From Alloprevotella sp. (GTDB taxonomy: Bacteria > Bacteroidota > Bacteroidia > Bacteroidales > UBA932): a DNA stretch of 64,000 bases. Both the position numbers and the translations under genes were made by a program. The notes under the pieces were generated by a model. The model searched no databases and was not told the DNA's origin. It saw nothing but the letters and a program-made list of their open reading frames with translations. Below, piece after piece: positions 38,815 through 49,400 of this stretch. Numbering within the stretch: the first letter of the stretch is position 1; the number at the start of each line of letters is the position of its first letter. The DNA is taken from positions 23,311-87,310 of the forward strand of contig CAVIJA010000002.1 of assembly GCA_963643135.1 (NCBI GenBank), given 5' to 3'.

Positions 38815-40095
38815 TCAATCTACAGGTATGTCCTTATTTACGTTCCTGCACCCCAGGAGGGCATAGTAGAGTATATAGAGGAGCATCGCAATCACGAGCC
38901 AGTAGCTGGCCATATAACCGAGATTCTTCGCGAGAACATCCTGAATCAGAGGCATTATGCCGCCGCCGACCACCATCATCATAAAGATGCCGGAAGCCTG
39001 CTCGGTATATTTGCCGAGTCCCTCGGTGGAGAGATTGAAGATGCCGCCCCACATCACGGAAGTGCAAAGACCGCAGAGTACCAGGAACAGGGCGCTGGCC
39101 GGCACACGGAACATCTCGAATCCGCCCGCTGCGCTGTAGCCCGGCATAGAGACGGTGACAGTCTTAGGGATGAAGATGGCCACGAGTATCAGTACAATGG
39201 CCACCGAGCTGACGGCGATAATCTGGGTACGGGTGCTTATCTTGCCGGAAATGGCGGAACTGCACGCGCGGCCCACCATCATCAGCAGCCAATATACCGC
39301 CGCAATCGCCCCTCCTATCGCGGCACCGTTGAGGAGGATGCCCGCTCCCTTGGACGAAGCGTCGGAGAGGTAGAAATTGAGCTGTGCAGGGATGCCTATC
39401 TCGATGCCCACATAGAAGAATATGGCCACGATGCCAAGCACGCAGTGACGGAAATTCCAGGCGCTGTGTTCGAACTTGACGCTCTTCCTTCCGGCCGCAG
39501 GCTCGGGAATATTGACAAAGGATATGATGACGAACGCTACTGCGAACACCGCCATCGCGATGAAGAGCAGCGGAGTCACGTCGCTCATCCTGGTCTCGCT
39601 TGTCACAGTCCCGATCAGCACGCCCACAAGCAGCGGGGTGAGGGTGCCGGTGAGGGAGTTGAGGGTGCCGCCTATCTGGATATACTGGTTGCCCTTGTTG
39701 CCGCCGCCGCCGAGGATGTTGAGCATCGGATTGACGACGGTATTGAGCATACACACGCAGAATCCGCATACGAATGCACCGAGGAGATAGATGTATATGG
39801 CCGCTCCGCCGTTGAAGGAAAGGCTGGAGAACCACTGGATGACGATTCCGATGAAACCGACGGCAAGCGCGGCGAGAGTGGTCTTCTTATAGCCGACCTT
39901 CACGAGCATCCTGCCCGCCGGAATCCCCATAAAGAGATATGCGGCGAAATTCATCATATTGCCCATCATCCCGGCCCAGGAATAGTCGTGCTTCCAGATG
40001 TTGCCGAAAGGCGCCGCCATGTTCGTGACGAAGGATATCATCGCGAAGATGAAGCACATCGTCACTATGGCCACCATATTCTTCTTCTTTTCCAT
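38815..40095 (-). CDS. MFS sugar transporter (FucP/GluP-like)
   Basis: About 12 predicted hydrophobic helices. The N-terminal pattern F.MISFVTN....... resembles glucose/galactose and fucose permeases. It lies directly upstream of the ROK kinase. Confidence 0.78.
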   Translation of the reverse strand: MEKKKNMVAIVTMCFIFAMISFVTNMAAPFGNIWKHDYSWAGMMGNMMNFAAYLFMGIPAGRMLVKVGYKKTTLAALAVGFIGIVIQWFSSLSFNGGAAIYIYLLGAFVCGFCVCMLNTVVNPMLNILGGGGNKGNQYIQIGGTLNSLTGTLTPLLVGVLIGTVTSETRMSDVTPLLFIAMAVFAVAFVIISFVNIPEPAAGRKSVKFEHSAWNFRHCVLGIVAIFFYVGIEIGIPAQLNFYLSDASSKGAGILLNGAAIGGAIAAVYWLLMMVGRACSSAISGKISTRTQIIAVSSVAIVLILVAIFIPKTVTVSMPGYSAAGGFEMFRVPASALFLVLCGLCTSVMWGGIFNLSTEGLGKYTEQASGIFMMMVVGGGIMPLIQDVLAKNLGYMASYWLVIAMLLYILYYALLGCRNVNKDIPVD

Positions 40096-40121
40096 ACAGT
40101 GCGTTTTGGTTATGCTTAGTG

Positions 40122-42041
40122 TTATTCTAGTGATTTGAGGTTCTTGTCGTTAGTCAGCTTCTTGCCCTCCGGGGTCATCGCATATTCGATGCGGTCGGCG
40201 TAGAACTTCTCCACCTTGCCGCGCACCATCTTGGCAGTGGTGTTGAGCATTCCGTTCTGCTCCGTGAAAGGCGTGTCCGCCACGATGATGGCGGCAGGGA
40301 GCCACTTCTCCGGGAAGAGTCCCGCGTGGCGTCCTCCGGCACGGTAAGAATCCACCTCCGCCTGGAGAATCTCCAGCTGGGCCGTCCTGCCCTCCACGCT
40401 TGCGGGATCCTTGCCCTGCTTCTGCACCGCGTCGGCAAGGGCCGGCTTGTTAGGCACGACTATCACGACGGTGTATGGGCTCTGGTTGTTGTACAGCACG
40501 GAAGCCTCGATATATTTCGAGCCGTCGGCGAGGCTGTCCTCGAAGCCCTCCGGAGAATATTTCTCCCCGTCGGAGGAAATCAGCAGGCTCTTGAAGCGGC
40601 CCGTCACATAGAGGTAGCGCGTGTCCTCCTTGCAGAGGTAGCCTCGGTCGCCGGTATGGAGCCAGCCGTCGATTATGGTGTTGGCGGTGGCCTCCGGATT
40701 CTTCCAGTAGCCGGCCATCACGTTCTCGCCCCTGATGACTATCTCGCCGGTCTCGCCCGCAGGCAGCGAGCGGCCTTCCTCGTCGCAGATCTTTATCTCC
40801 ATAGGCTCCACGGTGCGTCCGGACGAGCCGAAGCGGGCGTGGCCCTTGGAATTGGCGCAAATCACCGGAGTGGCCTCGGAGAGGCCGTAGCCCTGGAATA
40901 TAGGCATCCCGATGGCGCAGAAATATCTCTGGAGCTCGATGTCGAGCAGAGCGCCGCCGCCCACGAAGAATTCGAGCCTTCCGCCGAAGCCTTCGCGTAT
41001 CTTGGAGAACACGACCTTGTCGAGAATGCTCTTCAGAGGCTTGCGCCACCAGAGCTTCCAGCAAGGTTTGCCGGCATTGTAGTATTCGCGGTTGTAGGCT
41101 ATCGCGTTCTTGAGGCCGAATTCGTAGAGCTTCTCCACGACTGGGCCCTTCTTCGCTATGGCGCCCTCGAAGCTCTTGCGGAAACTCCTCGACAGAGCCG
41201 GGACTGAAAGCATCACCTGCGGACGCACCTCGCGTATGGCAATAGGGATGTTCTTCAGCATCGTGACGGCGCTCTTGCCGCCCGGAACGGTGGCTATGCT
41301 TCCGCCGTAGCTCATCATCACGTAGAATCCGGCCACGTGAGCGAAGCAGTGGTCGAGCGGAAGTATGATGAGCATCACCCAGCCCTCCTCTATCTTGACG
41401 ACGGAGCGGCACTGGTCCACGTTGGCGGTATAGTTGCGGTGGGTGAGAAGGATTCCCTTAGGGTCGGCGGTGGTGCCGGAAGTGTAGCTGATGTTGGCAT
41501 AGTCGTCAGGACCGATCCCGGCGATGCGCTCCTCCAGCTCCTCCACACGGGAGGAGAGGAAGCCGTCCCCGGCCTCATAGATGTCCTTGAGATGTATCTC
41601 CCTGTCTTTCAACTCTATGTCGTCTATCACTATAACCTTCTCCACTGCCGGGCATCTGTCGATGACCCTGCGCACCTTCTCTATCTGGCTCTCGGAGGCG
41701 ATCACGAAGCGCGAATCCGAATGGTTGATGCGGAAGAGCAGATCCTGGTCGGACTCCAGCTTGAAGGAGAGAGGCACGTTCACCGCGCCGGCGTAGAGTA
41801 TGCCGAGTTCGCAGAAAATCCACTCATTGCGTCCCTCCGAGATGAGGGCCACCTTCTCGCCCTTCTTAAGGCCGAGCGCCATCAGGCCGGCGGCAAGTCT
41901 CCTGCCCCGTATGCGGGTCTGCTCGAAAGTGGTCTCCTTCCACTCTCCGTCCACCTTTTCGCGGAGGAAAGTCGAAGATGAATATATCCGGGTGTACTTC
42001 TCTACGAAGTCGATGATTGTAGGTCTGTTGTTGTCTGGCAT
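40122..42041 (-). CDS. long-chain-fatty-acid--CoA ligase (AMP-forming adenylating enzyme)
   Basis: AMP-binding motif ISYTSGTTADPKG, then GYGLSE and GWLHTGDRG. The ATG at 42041 (MPDNNRPTI) is preferred because the track start at 42110 would overlap the upstream kinase gene. Confidence 0.88.
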   Translation of the reverse strand: MPDNNRPTIIDFVEKYTRIYSSSTFLREKVDGEWKETTFEQTRIRGRRLAAGLMALGLKKGEKVALISEGRNEWIFCELGILYAGAVNVPLSFKLESDQDLLFRINHSDSRFVIASESQIEKVRRVIDRCPAVEKVIVIDDIELKDREIHLKDIYEAGDGFLSSRVEELEERIAGIGPDDYANISYTSGTTADPKGILLTHRNYTANVDQCRSVVKIEEGWVMLIILPLDHCFAHVAGFYVMMSYGGSIATVPGGKSAVTMLKNIPIAIREVRPQVMLSVPALSRSFRKSFEGAIAKKGPVVEKLYEFGLKNAIAYNREYYNAGKPCWKLWWRKPLKSILDKVVFSKIREGFGGRLEFFVGGGALLDIELQRYFCAIGMPIFQGYGLSEATPVICANSKGHARFGSSGRTVEPMEIKICDEEGRSLPAGETGEIVIRGENVMAGYWKNPEATANTIIDGWLHTGDRGYLCKEDTRYLYVTGRFKSLLISSDGEKYSPEGFEDSLADGSKYIEASVLYNNQSPYTVVIVVPNKPALADAVQKQGKDPASVEGRTAQLEILQAEVDSYRAGGRHAGLFPEKWLPAAIIVADTPFTEQNGMLNTTAKMVRGKVEKFYADRIEYAMTPEGKKLTNDKNLKSLE

Positions 42042-42066
42042 AATTTTAAGGGAAGTTGTTTTGAAA

Positions 42067-42693
42067 TTATTCTGCGGATGGGGAGAAAAGGCCGTAGAGG
42101 CGGGCGTCAATCATATCTGTCACCTTCTCGAAGTCCGCCGGCTCGTTGCCGAAATCGATGCTGTCCGCATCTATGACCAGAAGGTTGCCCTTGTAGTCCC
42201 CTATCCATTTCTCGTACTTGTCGTTAAGGCCGGTGAGATAGTCGATGCGTATGCTCTTCTCGTAGTCGCGTCCGCGCTTCTGTATCTTGGAAATCAGCGC
42301 CGGCACGGACGAGCGCAGGTAGATCAGCAGGTCCGGAACCCCCACGAGCGACATCATAAGGTCGAACAGATCGGAGTAATTCTCGAAATCACGGGTGCTC
42401 ATCAGCCCCATATCGTGGAGATTGGGGGCGAAGATGCGCGCGTCCTCGTAGATGGTGCGGTCCTGGACGATCACCTCATCGGCCTTCGCGATGTCCACCA
42501 CGTCCTTGAAACGCCTGTTGAGAAAATATATCTGAAGATTGAACGACCAGCGTTCCATATCGTTATAGAAATCGGCAAGATATGGATTGAAATCCACGGA
42601 CTCGAACTTCGGAGTCCAGCCGTAATGCGCAGCGAGCATCTTGGTGAGAGTCGTCTTGCCGCTGCCTATGTTTCCTGCTATCGCGACGTGCAT
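42067..42693 (-). CDS. deoxynucleoside kinase, paralogue 1
   Basis: P-loop IAGNIGSGKTTL, an ERS-like WSFNLQ.YFL and DRTI.ED. 208 aa. Confidence 0.88.
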   Translation of the reverse strand: MHVAIAGNIGSGKTTLTKMLAAHYGWTPKFESVDFNPYLADFYNDMERWSFNLQIYFLNRRFKDVVDIAKADEVIVQDRTIYEDARIFAPNLHDMGLMSTRDFENYSDLFDLMMSLVGVPDLLIYLRSSVPALISKIQKRGRDYEKSIRIDYLTGLNDKYEKWIGDYKGNLLVIDADSIDFGNEPADFEKVTDMIDARLYGLFSPSAE

Positions 42694-42719
42694 ATCCTAG
42701 GTAATCGTTTAACAATCCG

Positions 42720-42727
42720 CAAAGTTA
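42720..42727 (-). promoter_or_regulatory. -7 box for deoxynucleoside kinase paralogue 1
   Basis: The minus strand reads TAACTTTG inside the 38-nt spacer between the two kinase genes, 26 nt upstream of the ATG at 42693. Confidence 0.4.
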
Positions 42728-42731
42728 GCAA

Positions 42732-43346
42732 TTATTTGAACAGTCCATAGAGTCTGGAGTCTATCTTGTCCGTCACCGCCTCGAAATCCTCCGGCCTGTT
42801 CTCGAAATCCAGGCTGTCCGCGTCTATGACCAGAAGGTTGCCCTTGTAGTCCCCTATCCACTTCTCGTACTTGTCGTTGAGGCCGCTGAGATATTCCAGG
42901 CTCATACTCTGCTCGTAGTCCCTGCCGCGCTTCTGAATCCGCGAGACAAGGTGCGGGACGGAACATCTGAGATATATCAGAAGGTCCGGAGGGCTGACCA
43001 TGGACATCATCAGCTTGAAAATCTGCATATAGGTGTCGTAGTCCCGCTCGGAGAGATTGCCCATCTCCAGATTGTTGGCCACGAAGATGTAGACTCCCTC
43101 GAGTATGGTCCTGTCCTGGATGACCACCTCGTCGGACTTGGATATCTCCAGCAGGTCCTTGAATCTCTGGGCGAGGAAATACGTCTCGAGATTATACGAC
43201 CAGCGCGGAATATCCCTGTAATAGTCTTCAAGATAAGGATTATATGTGACGGACTCGTATTTGGGAGTCCAGCCGTAATGTCCGGCGAGCATCCTCGTGA
43301 GGGTGGTCTTGCCGCTGCCTATGTTTCCCGCTATTCCGATGTGCAT
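42732..43346 (-). CDS. deoxynucleoside kinase, paralogue 2
   Basis: Same motifs as paralogue 1 (IAGNIGSGKTTL, WSYNLE.YFL, DRTI.EG), roughly 60-65% identical by eye. ATG at 43346 (MHIGIAGN); the track start at 43418 adds an implausible extension. Confidence 0.88.
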   Translation of the reverse strand: MHIGIAGNIGSGKTTLTRMLAGHYGWTPKYESVTYNPYLEDYYRDIPRWSYNLETYFLAQRFKDLLEISKSDEVVIQDRTILEGVYIFVANNLEMGNLSERDYDTYMQIFKLMMSMVSPPDLLIYLRCSVPHLVSRIQKRGRDYEQSMSLEYLSGLNDKYEKWIGDYKGNLLVIDADSLDFENRPEDFEAVTDKIDSRLYGLFK

Positions 43347-43372
43347 TTTACAAAATTGACAGACAAATTTCG

Positions 43373-43380
43373 TATTTTTG
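43373..43380 (+). promoter_or_regulatory. -7 box for the MBL-fold hydrolase gene
   Basis: TATTTTTG lies 20 nt upstream of the ATG at 43401. Confidence 0.45.
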
Positions 43381-43400
43381 GCCGATAATCCCAAAAAGAA

Positions 43401-44102
43401 ATGCCGGACATAGTTCAATTCTCATTCAATCTCTTCCAGGAAAGGGCCGCCATCGTCTGCGGGAAGGAGGGAAGATGCGTCGTGGTGGATCCCGGATTCT
43501 GCCGGGCGGAAGAGCAGGAGGAGTTCCTCTCCGCGCTGCGCTCACGCTCCCTCACCCCTGAGGCCATATTGCTCACGCACGCGCACTTCGACCATATCTA
43601 CGGCGTGAAGACCCTGCAGGACCTCTACGGGATTCCGACATATATGCACCCTGCGGAGAAACCCATACTGGAATATGACCGGGAGATGGCGTCGAAGTTC
43701 AGGCTCAGGGAGCCGGACTGCAACTTCAGCACTACTGACGTCGCCGACGGGGACACAGTGGAGGCGGCGGGCATACGCTTCGAGGTGATAGTCACTCCGG
43801 GACACACTCCGGGAGGCGTGTGCTGGTTCGACCGCGAGGACAAGCTGCTGTTCAGCGGCGACACCCTCTTCGCCGGGGCCATAGGACGCACCGACTTCAA
43901 GTACGGAGAATACGACGACGAAATCCGCTCGATAATGGAGAAACTCATAATCCTCGACCCGGATGTCAGAATCTGTCCGGGTCACGGGCCGGATTCCACC
44001 ATAGGCCACGAGAGGACGCACAACCCCTTCCTGGAGCCGTTCAACGAGCCGGAGGAGGAGACGGACTCCGAAGCGGAGCCGGTGATCATCAGCGGGCGCT
44101 GA
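43401..44102 (+). CDS. MBL-fold metallo-hydrolase (glyoxalase II-like)
   Basis: The THAHFDH metal motif, later TPGHTPG and a C-terminal GHG. Confidence 0.85.
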   Translation: MPDIVQFSFNLFQERAAIVCGKEGRCVVVDPGFCRAEEQEEFLSALRSRSLTPEAILLTHAHFDHIYGVKTLQDLYGIPTYMHPAEKPILEYDREMASKFRLREPDCNFSTTDVADGDTVEAAGIRFEVIVTPGHTPGGVCWFDREDKLLFSGDTLFAGAIGRTDFKYGEYDDEIRSIMEKLIILDPDVRICPGHGPDSTIGHERTHNPFLEPFNEPEEETDSEAEPVIISGR

Positions 44103-46398
44103 AGCTCACGCTGCGTCTCGCTCCGTCCGAATCGACCAGGGTGAGGACGTGCCTGCCCGGCTCCGGAGCTATCAGCATCTCGTGCGTGCCGACGGTCCTG
44201 CCTATATAGTCATCGTCCAGATGCCACCATATCACCGCCGACGGGGAGGAATGTGCCGCACGGAACACCGCTCCCTTCCGACTGCCGTCCAGTCCCCTGG
44301 TGGAGACGATGGTGATGCCGTCCTGCGGGTAGATGATCTCCATCGGGGAGCGTTCGGGTGCGGAGCCGTCATAATCCGGATGTTTGGGCGGCAGCCGGAG
44401 ATAGTCCAGATGGTTCTTCATATAATACCACTCCTGCGACGGGGGCAGCACGAAGCGAACCTCGCTGCGTATCTTCTCCGGAGGGCAGCAGTTGCTGTTG
44501 ACCTGCCAGAGGCCGTCGGGGTCGAGATGCACCATAATATGATAGCGGCAGGTTTCAGGCCTGTCCGGGATGTCCGGAGCCCATATCGTATCGCGCTGAG
44601 GACAGAGTTCCCCGGCAGGATTGCCGCTAATGGAGCACACCTCCACCCTTGTCATATCCTCCAGCGGCAGGGCGAACCACTCCGACTGCGGCAGGGCGGC
44701 GAACACGTCGAACATCACCGGCGCGGCATACGAGACTCCCGTCATCTGCGCGCGGCCCTCCCCGTCGCTGTTGCCCACCCAGACGGCCACCACGTAGTCC
44801 GCGGTCACGCCCACACTCCACGCGTCGCGGTTGCCCCAGCTCGTGCCGGTCTTCCACGCGATTTTCCGCCCGGAGCCGAACTCCATCCACGAGGACTCCT
44901 CTTCGGGGCGGTCGGACTTTGAGAGCGCATCAAAGGTGAGCCAGCACGCGGCTCTCCCGAGCGGGACGGCCTCCGGACGCAGCCTCTCCCGGGGCGCATC
45001 CTCAAGAAAGGTCAGCTCCGAGAACGGAGCCTCGCCGCGAAGCTTCGAAGCCATACGGTAATACGCCCCGCAGAGGTCTCCGAGCGTAATCTCCGCGCCT
45101 CCCAGCACAAGGGAGAGTCCGTAATGGCCGGCGTCGCGGTCGATGCTGCCGAAGCCCATACCCGCGAGCAGCTTCAGGAAACGCTCCACCCCGTAGCTCT
45201 CCAACATCCTGACGGAAGGCACGTTGAGCGAGCGCTCTATCACCTCGTGCGCGGGGACGGCCCCCTCGAAGCGGCGGCTGAAGTTGTGCGGGGAGAAGTT
45301 GTTGCGGTTGTAGGGCGTGTCCCGGATCAGAGTCCCCGGCAGAATCTCCCCGTCCTGCAGCATCGCAGCATAGAGCAGCGGCTTGAGCGTGCTTCCGCTG
45401 GAACGGCGCGCCGGGACCATATCCACCTCCCCGCCCCGGATCAGCGGAGCGCAGCCGAGGGTGTTGCCGTAGTATCCGATTATCTCCCCGCTGCGCACGG
45501 ACGCGACCAGGATTCCCATATTGTCCACGAGATTGGTGTGGAAGCTGTCGAAATGCCGCTGCGCTATCCGGGAGAGGCGCAGCTGGAGATTGTAGTCTAT
45601 CGTGCTTCTCCAGGCTCTGTCCCCGCCTTCGAGACGGCAGCGCTCAAGCAGATGGTGAGCGTGGTCAGGCATCTTCAGAGGGCGTTCCGGCAGGGGTTCG
45701 TCCTTGGCCAGCAGACACTCGGTCGCATCTATCACCCCCTTCTTCTCCAGTCTGTCCAGCAGGGCGTTACGCTTGCGCAGAAGGGCCTCGCGATTGCGTC
45801 CCGGGTGTATCAGGCCCGGAGAATTGGGCAGCACGGCCAGCATCGCGCTCTCCGCCCACGAAAGATAGGCCGCCCCGCGTCCGAAATACCTCCACGCCGC
45901 GGCCTCGATGCCTATCACATTGCCCCCGAAAGGGGCGTTGGACGCATAGAGGAGCAGTATCTCCTCCTTGGAGCAGCGGATTTCGAGCCGGGTCGCGAGT
46001 ATCATCTCCCAGACCTTCTCCGCCATCGTGCGCGGAGCGTCGGGACGGCTCAGGCGTATCACCTGCATCGTGATGGTGCTGGCCCCGCTGACCACCTCGC
46101 CCCGGCGTAGATTCTGCCTCAGAGCCCTTCCTGCGGAGAGGAAGTCCACCCCCGGATGATAGCGGAAACGCTTGTCCTCGTAGCAGACGATGCACTCGGC
46201 AAACTTCTCCGGCACGCTCCCTGCGGGCTGGAAGTGCCACTGCCCCGCAGCCGAGATGCGCGCCCCGAGCAGACTCCCGTCGGAGGAGACGAGTGTGGCG
46301 GAGAGCGGCTCGTCGAAAAGCCTCCGCGGCAGGCAGAGAGCGTAGCATATCAGGAGAAGAGCGGCGAGTATCAGAAGTATTTTCCTATCTTTGCGCAT
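44089..46398 (-). CDS. pbpC: penicillin-binding protein 1C (bifunctional glycosyltransferase/transpeptidase)
   Basis: GT51 motifs EDKRFRYHPGVD and RKR. Transpeptidase motifs SGSTLKP (SxxK), SLN and KTGTS. There is a PBP1C-type C-terminal beta domain, and the gene is paired with an alpha-2-macroglobulin gene. Confidence 0.9.
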   Translation of the reverse strand: MRKDRKILLILAALLLICYALCLPRRLFDEPLSATLVSSDGSLLGARISAAGQWHFQPAGSVPEKFAECIVCYEDKRFRYHPGVDFLSAGRALRQNLRRGEVVSGASTITMQVIRLSRPDAPRTMAEKVWEMILATRLEIRCSKEEILLLYASNAPFGGNVIGIEAAAWRYFGRGAAYLSWAESAMLAVLPNSPGLIHPGRNREALLRKRNALLDRLEKKGVIDATECLLAKDEPLPERPLKMPDHAHHLLERCRLEGGDRAWRSTIDYNLQLRLSRIAQRHFDSFHTNLVDNMGILVASVRSGEIIGYYGNTLGCAPLIRGGEVDMVPARRSSGSTLKPLLYAAMLQDGEILPGTLIRDTPYNRNNFSPHNFSRRFEGAVPAHEVIERSLNVPSVRMLESYGVERFLKLLAGMGFGSIDRDAGHYGLSLVLGGAEITLGDLCGAYYRMASKLRGEAPFSELTFLEDAPRERLRPEAVPLGRAACWLTFDALSKSDRPEEESSWMEFGSGRKIAWKTGTSWGNRDAWSVGVTADYVVAVWVGNSDGEGRAQMTGVSYAAPVMFDVFAALPQSEWFALPLEDMTRVEVCSISGNPAGELCPQRDTIWAPDIPDRPETCRYHIMVHLDPDGLWQVNSNCCPPEKIRSEVRFVLPPSQEWYYMKNHLDYLRLPPKHPDYDGSAPERSPMEIIYPQDGITIVSTRGLDGSRKGAVFRAAHSSPSAVIWWHLDDDYIGRTVGTHEMLIAPEPGRHVLTLVDSDGARRSVSFSAR
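46386..46393 (+). promoter_or_regulatory. -7 box for the alpha-2-macroglobulin gene (lies inside the first codons of pbpC)
   Basis: TATCTTTG lies 27 nt upstream of the ATG at 46421. Confidence 0.5.
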
Positions 46399-46403
46399 CT
46401 TGA

Positions 46404-46411
46404 CAAAAATA
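46404..46411 (-). promoter_or_regulatory. -7 box for pbpC
   Basis: The minus strand reads TATTTTTG, only 5 nt upstream of the pbpC ATG at 46398, which would imply a leaderless transcript. Confidence 0.4.
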
Positions 46412-46420
46412 CGAATAATT

Positions 46421-49400
46421 ATGAAAATCCGTCACTCACTCATCCTCACGGCCATCCTTGCAGGCCTCTGCTCCTGCGGCAACGGAAACGGCAGCTCCCC
46501 GGACGGCGGCACTCCCGCAGGCGCAGGCCCGGCGCAGCAGTCGCAGACGGAAGGAGAGGACAGCCTCAGCATCACGCCGGAAATCAAATTCGTCAGCAAG
46601 GGCTCGATTCTGCCTTCGAGCGGAGAGATGAACCTGCTCTTCAGCTCGACCGCATACGCCAAGGCGCAGGTGAGAGTGAAGAAGGTCTACAGCGACAACG
46701 TCCTGCAGTTCCTCCAGTTCGACAGCTACGAATCAAAATACAATCTCTACAGGGTGGCGGACACCGTGGCGGACACGACCATAGTGCTGGGAGCGCCGGA
46801 TTCGGAGACGATACGCGAATCTCGCACCTACGCCCTGAGCCTCGACGAGCTGATAAGGCCGGAGAGGGGCGCCATCTACCACATCGAGATACGCGGGCGC
46901 GAGCCTCTCGAGGAGGAGGAGAGTTTCTATGACAGCGATCTCTATTTCGGGAACGTCGACACATATCAGGAGAGGAGCGTGGACCTTCTCGCCAGCGACC
47001 TCGCGATGGTGGCCCGGCACGGTGACCGCGGATACGAGGTCACGGTGCTGGACATCCTCAGCGCCAAGCCGGTCAGCGGGGCCTCGGTCAGGCTCTTCAG
47101 CTTCGCGCAGCAGGAACTCGCCAAGGGACGGACGGACGGGGAAGGCAGAGTGTCCTTCCCCGCCGTGGAGGAGGCCGCCTTCGCCGTGGCCACAGCGGGC
47201 CGGAACTGCGCCTACCTCCATCTGCGCAACGAGAACTCCCTCTCCACCAGCAGCTTCGACGTCAGCGGCGAGGACGACGGACGCGGAGTCAAGGCCTACA
47301 TATTCGGGGAGAGGGGCGTGTGGAGACCGGGTGACACCCTGCACGTCAGCGCCGTAATAATGAGCGACGGAGTGGAGCTTCCGGAAGGGCATCCCGTGAC
47401 GGCGGAACTCCGCGACCCCGACGGGCAGCTCACGCAGAGCCGGAGCGCAAGGCTGGACCGGACGCACATCTGCCACTTCCCGTTCACGACAGCCTCCGAC
47501 GCCCCTACAGGACGCTGGAGCGTCAAGCTGGACATCGGCTCGCACAGCTTCAGCAAAATCCTCCGCATAGAGACGGTGAAACCCAACAATCTCGAAATCA
47601 GCCTCAAGTTCAAGGACAGCTACATCGTACCGAGAAAGGACTGCACGGGAGAAATCGGAGTCGAATGGCTCTACGGGGCAGCCGGCAGCAAGCTCAAGGT
47701 CAACGGCTCTATGGAGCTCAGCGCCATGGGGACACCGTTCAAGGAATACGCGGGCTACAGCTTCAAGGATGCCGAGCGCAGTTTCAGCAGCCAGACGCTC
47801 AACTACGCCGATATGACCACCGACTCCGAGGGACATTGCAGCATCGACACGGGAGTCGAACTCAACAGGGCCGCGACCCCGGGAATGCTCAACGCCGAGT
47901 TCATCCTCAGGGCCTTCGAACCGTCAGGCGACTTCAGCACGAGCTACAGCAGCGTCAGGATGTCGCCTTTCGACAGATATGTCGGCATCCGCACATCTAT
48001 GGACAAGGACGGATGGGGCAACGAATATCTCCGCTCCGGAAAGGCGCACGAAATCGAAGTGGTCACCCTCGACCCGGAGGGCAGGGGCGTGAGCGCACAG
48101 TCGCTCAAGGCGGAAGTGTGGCACGTGGACTGGAGCTGGTGGTGGCACGCGAGCCATCACACGGCCAACTACAACTCCGGGAAGATAGGGGAGAAAATCT
48201 ACAGCACCACCCTCTCCACTTCCTCGGAAGGCAGGGGCTGCTTCAGCTACGACTGGCCTGAGGAAACGCCTTCAGGACCTTATATGATACGGGTCAGCGA
48301 CCCTAAGGGAGGTCACTCCGCCACCCTGCTCTGCGAGGTGTACAGAGAGCGCTCCGCGAGCGACGCCTCGGAAGGCTCCACCAAGCTCAACCTGCTCCTG
48401 GACAAGAGCAGCTACAAGGTCGGCGAGACGGCCCGCATCACCATCCCTTCTTCGGAGGGCTCGATCGCTCTCGTATCGATAGAGAAGGGCGGCAGAATCC
48501 TGAGCGGGAGGAGGGTGGACTGCCGGCAGGGCAGCACGCAGATAAGCATCCCCGTCACAGCCGATATGACCCCCAACGTCTATGCCGACATCTCCCTCAT
48601 CCAGCCGCACGGCAACAGCACCAACGACGCACCCATACGGCTCTACGGCATAGCCAACATCAACGTGGAGGACGCCGCCTCGCATCTGCATCCGCAGATC
48701 GACATAGCCGGCGAGATACGCCCGGAGTCCGAAGTCGGATTCTCCGTCAGGGAGCGGGACGGCAGGGCGATGAGCTACGTGGTCGCCATCGTGGACGAGG
48801 GGCTGCTGTCCCTCACCGGATTCAAGACCCCGGATGCGTGGAGTTCCTTCTACGCCAAGCAGTCCCTGCGTGTCCGCAGCTGGGATATGTATGACAAGGT
48901 CATCGGGGCCTACGGCGGGCAGATAGAGAAGCTCTTCGCAATCGGAGGCTCGGACGAGGCCTCACGGCGCATCAACCCGCAGGGGGCGAGCCGCTTCACC
49001 CCGGTGGTCTCCTATCTCGGCCCGTTCGAACTCAAGGCGGGCAGGACCGGACGGCATAAAATCCACGTGCCGCAGTATATGGGCCGGCTCCGGGCTATGG
49101 TCGTCGCCACCGACGGGAAGGCCCAGGGCAGCACGGAGAAGGAAGTCAACGTCACCAAGCCGCTTATGGTGCAGGCCACCCTGCCGCGCACGCTCAGCGT
49201 GGGCGAAAGCCTCAGCGTCCCTGTCAGCGTCATCGCCGTCGAGGACGGCATAGGCAAGGTGCAGGTCAGCGCCGAAAGCTCCGGACAGCTCTCCCCGGAC
49301 GGCCCGGCCAGGACGGAAGTCCAGTCCCTGAAGGCAGGAGTGCAGACCGTCCGCTTCGAGGTGAAAGTCGGAGACAGGACGGGCAAGGCGAAATTCGCGG

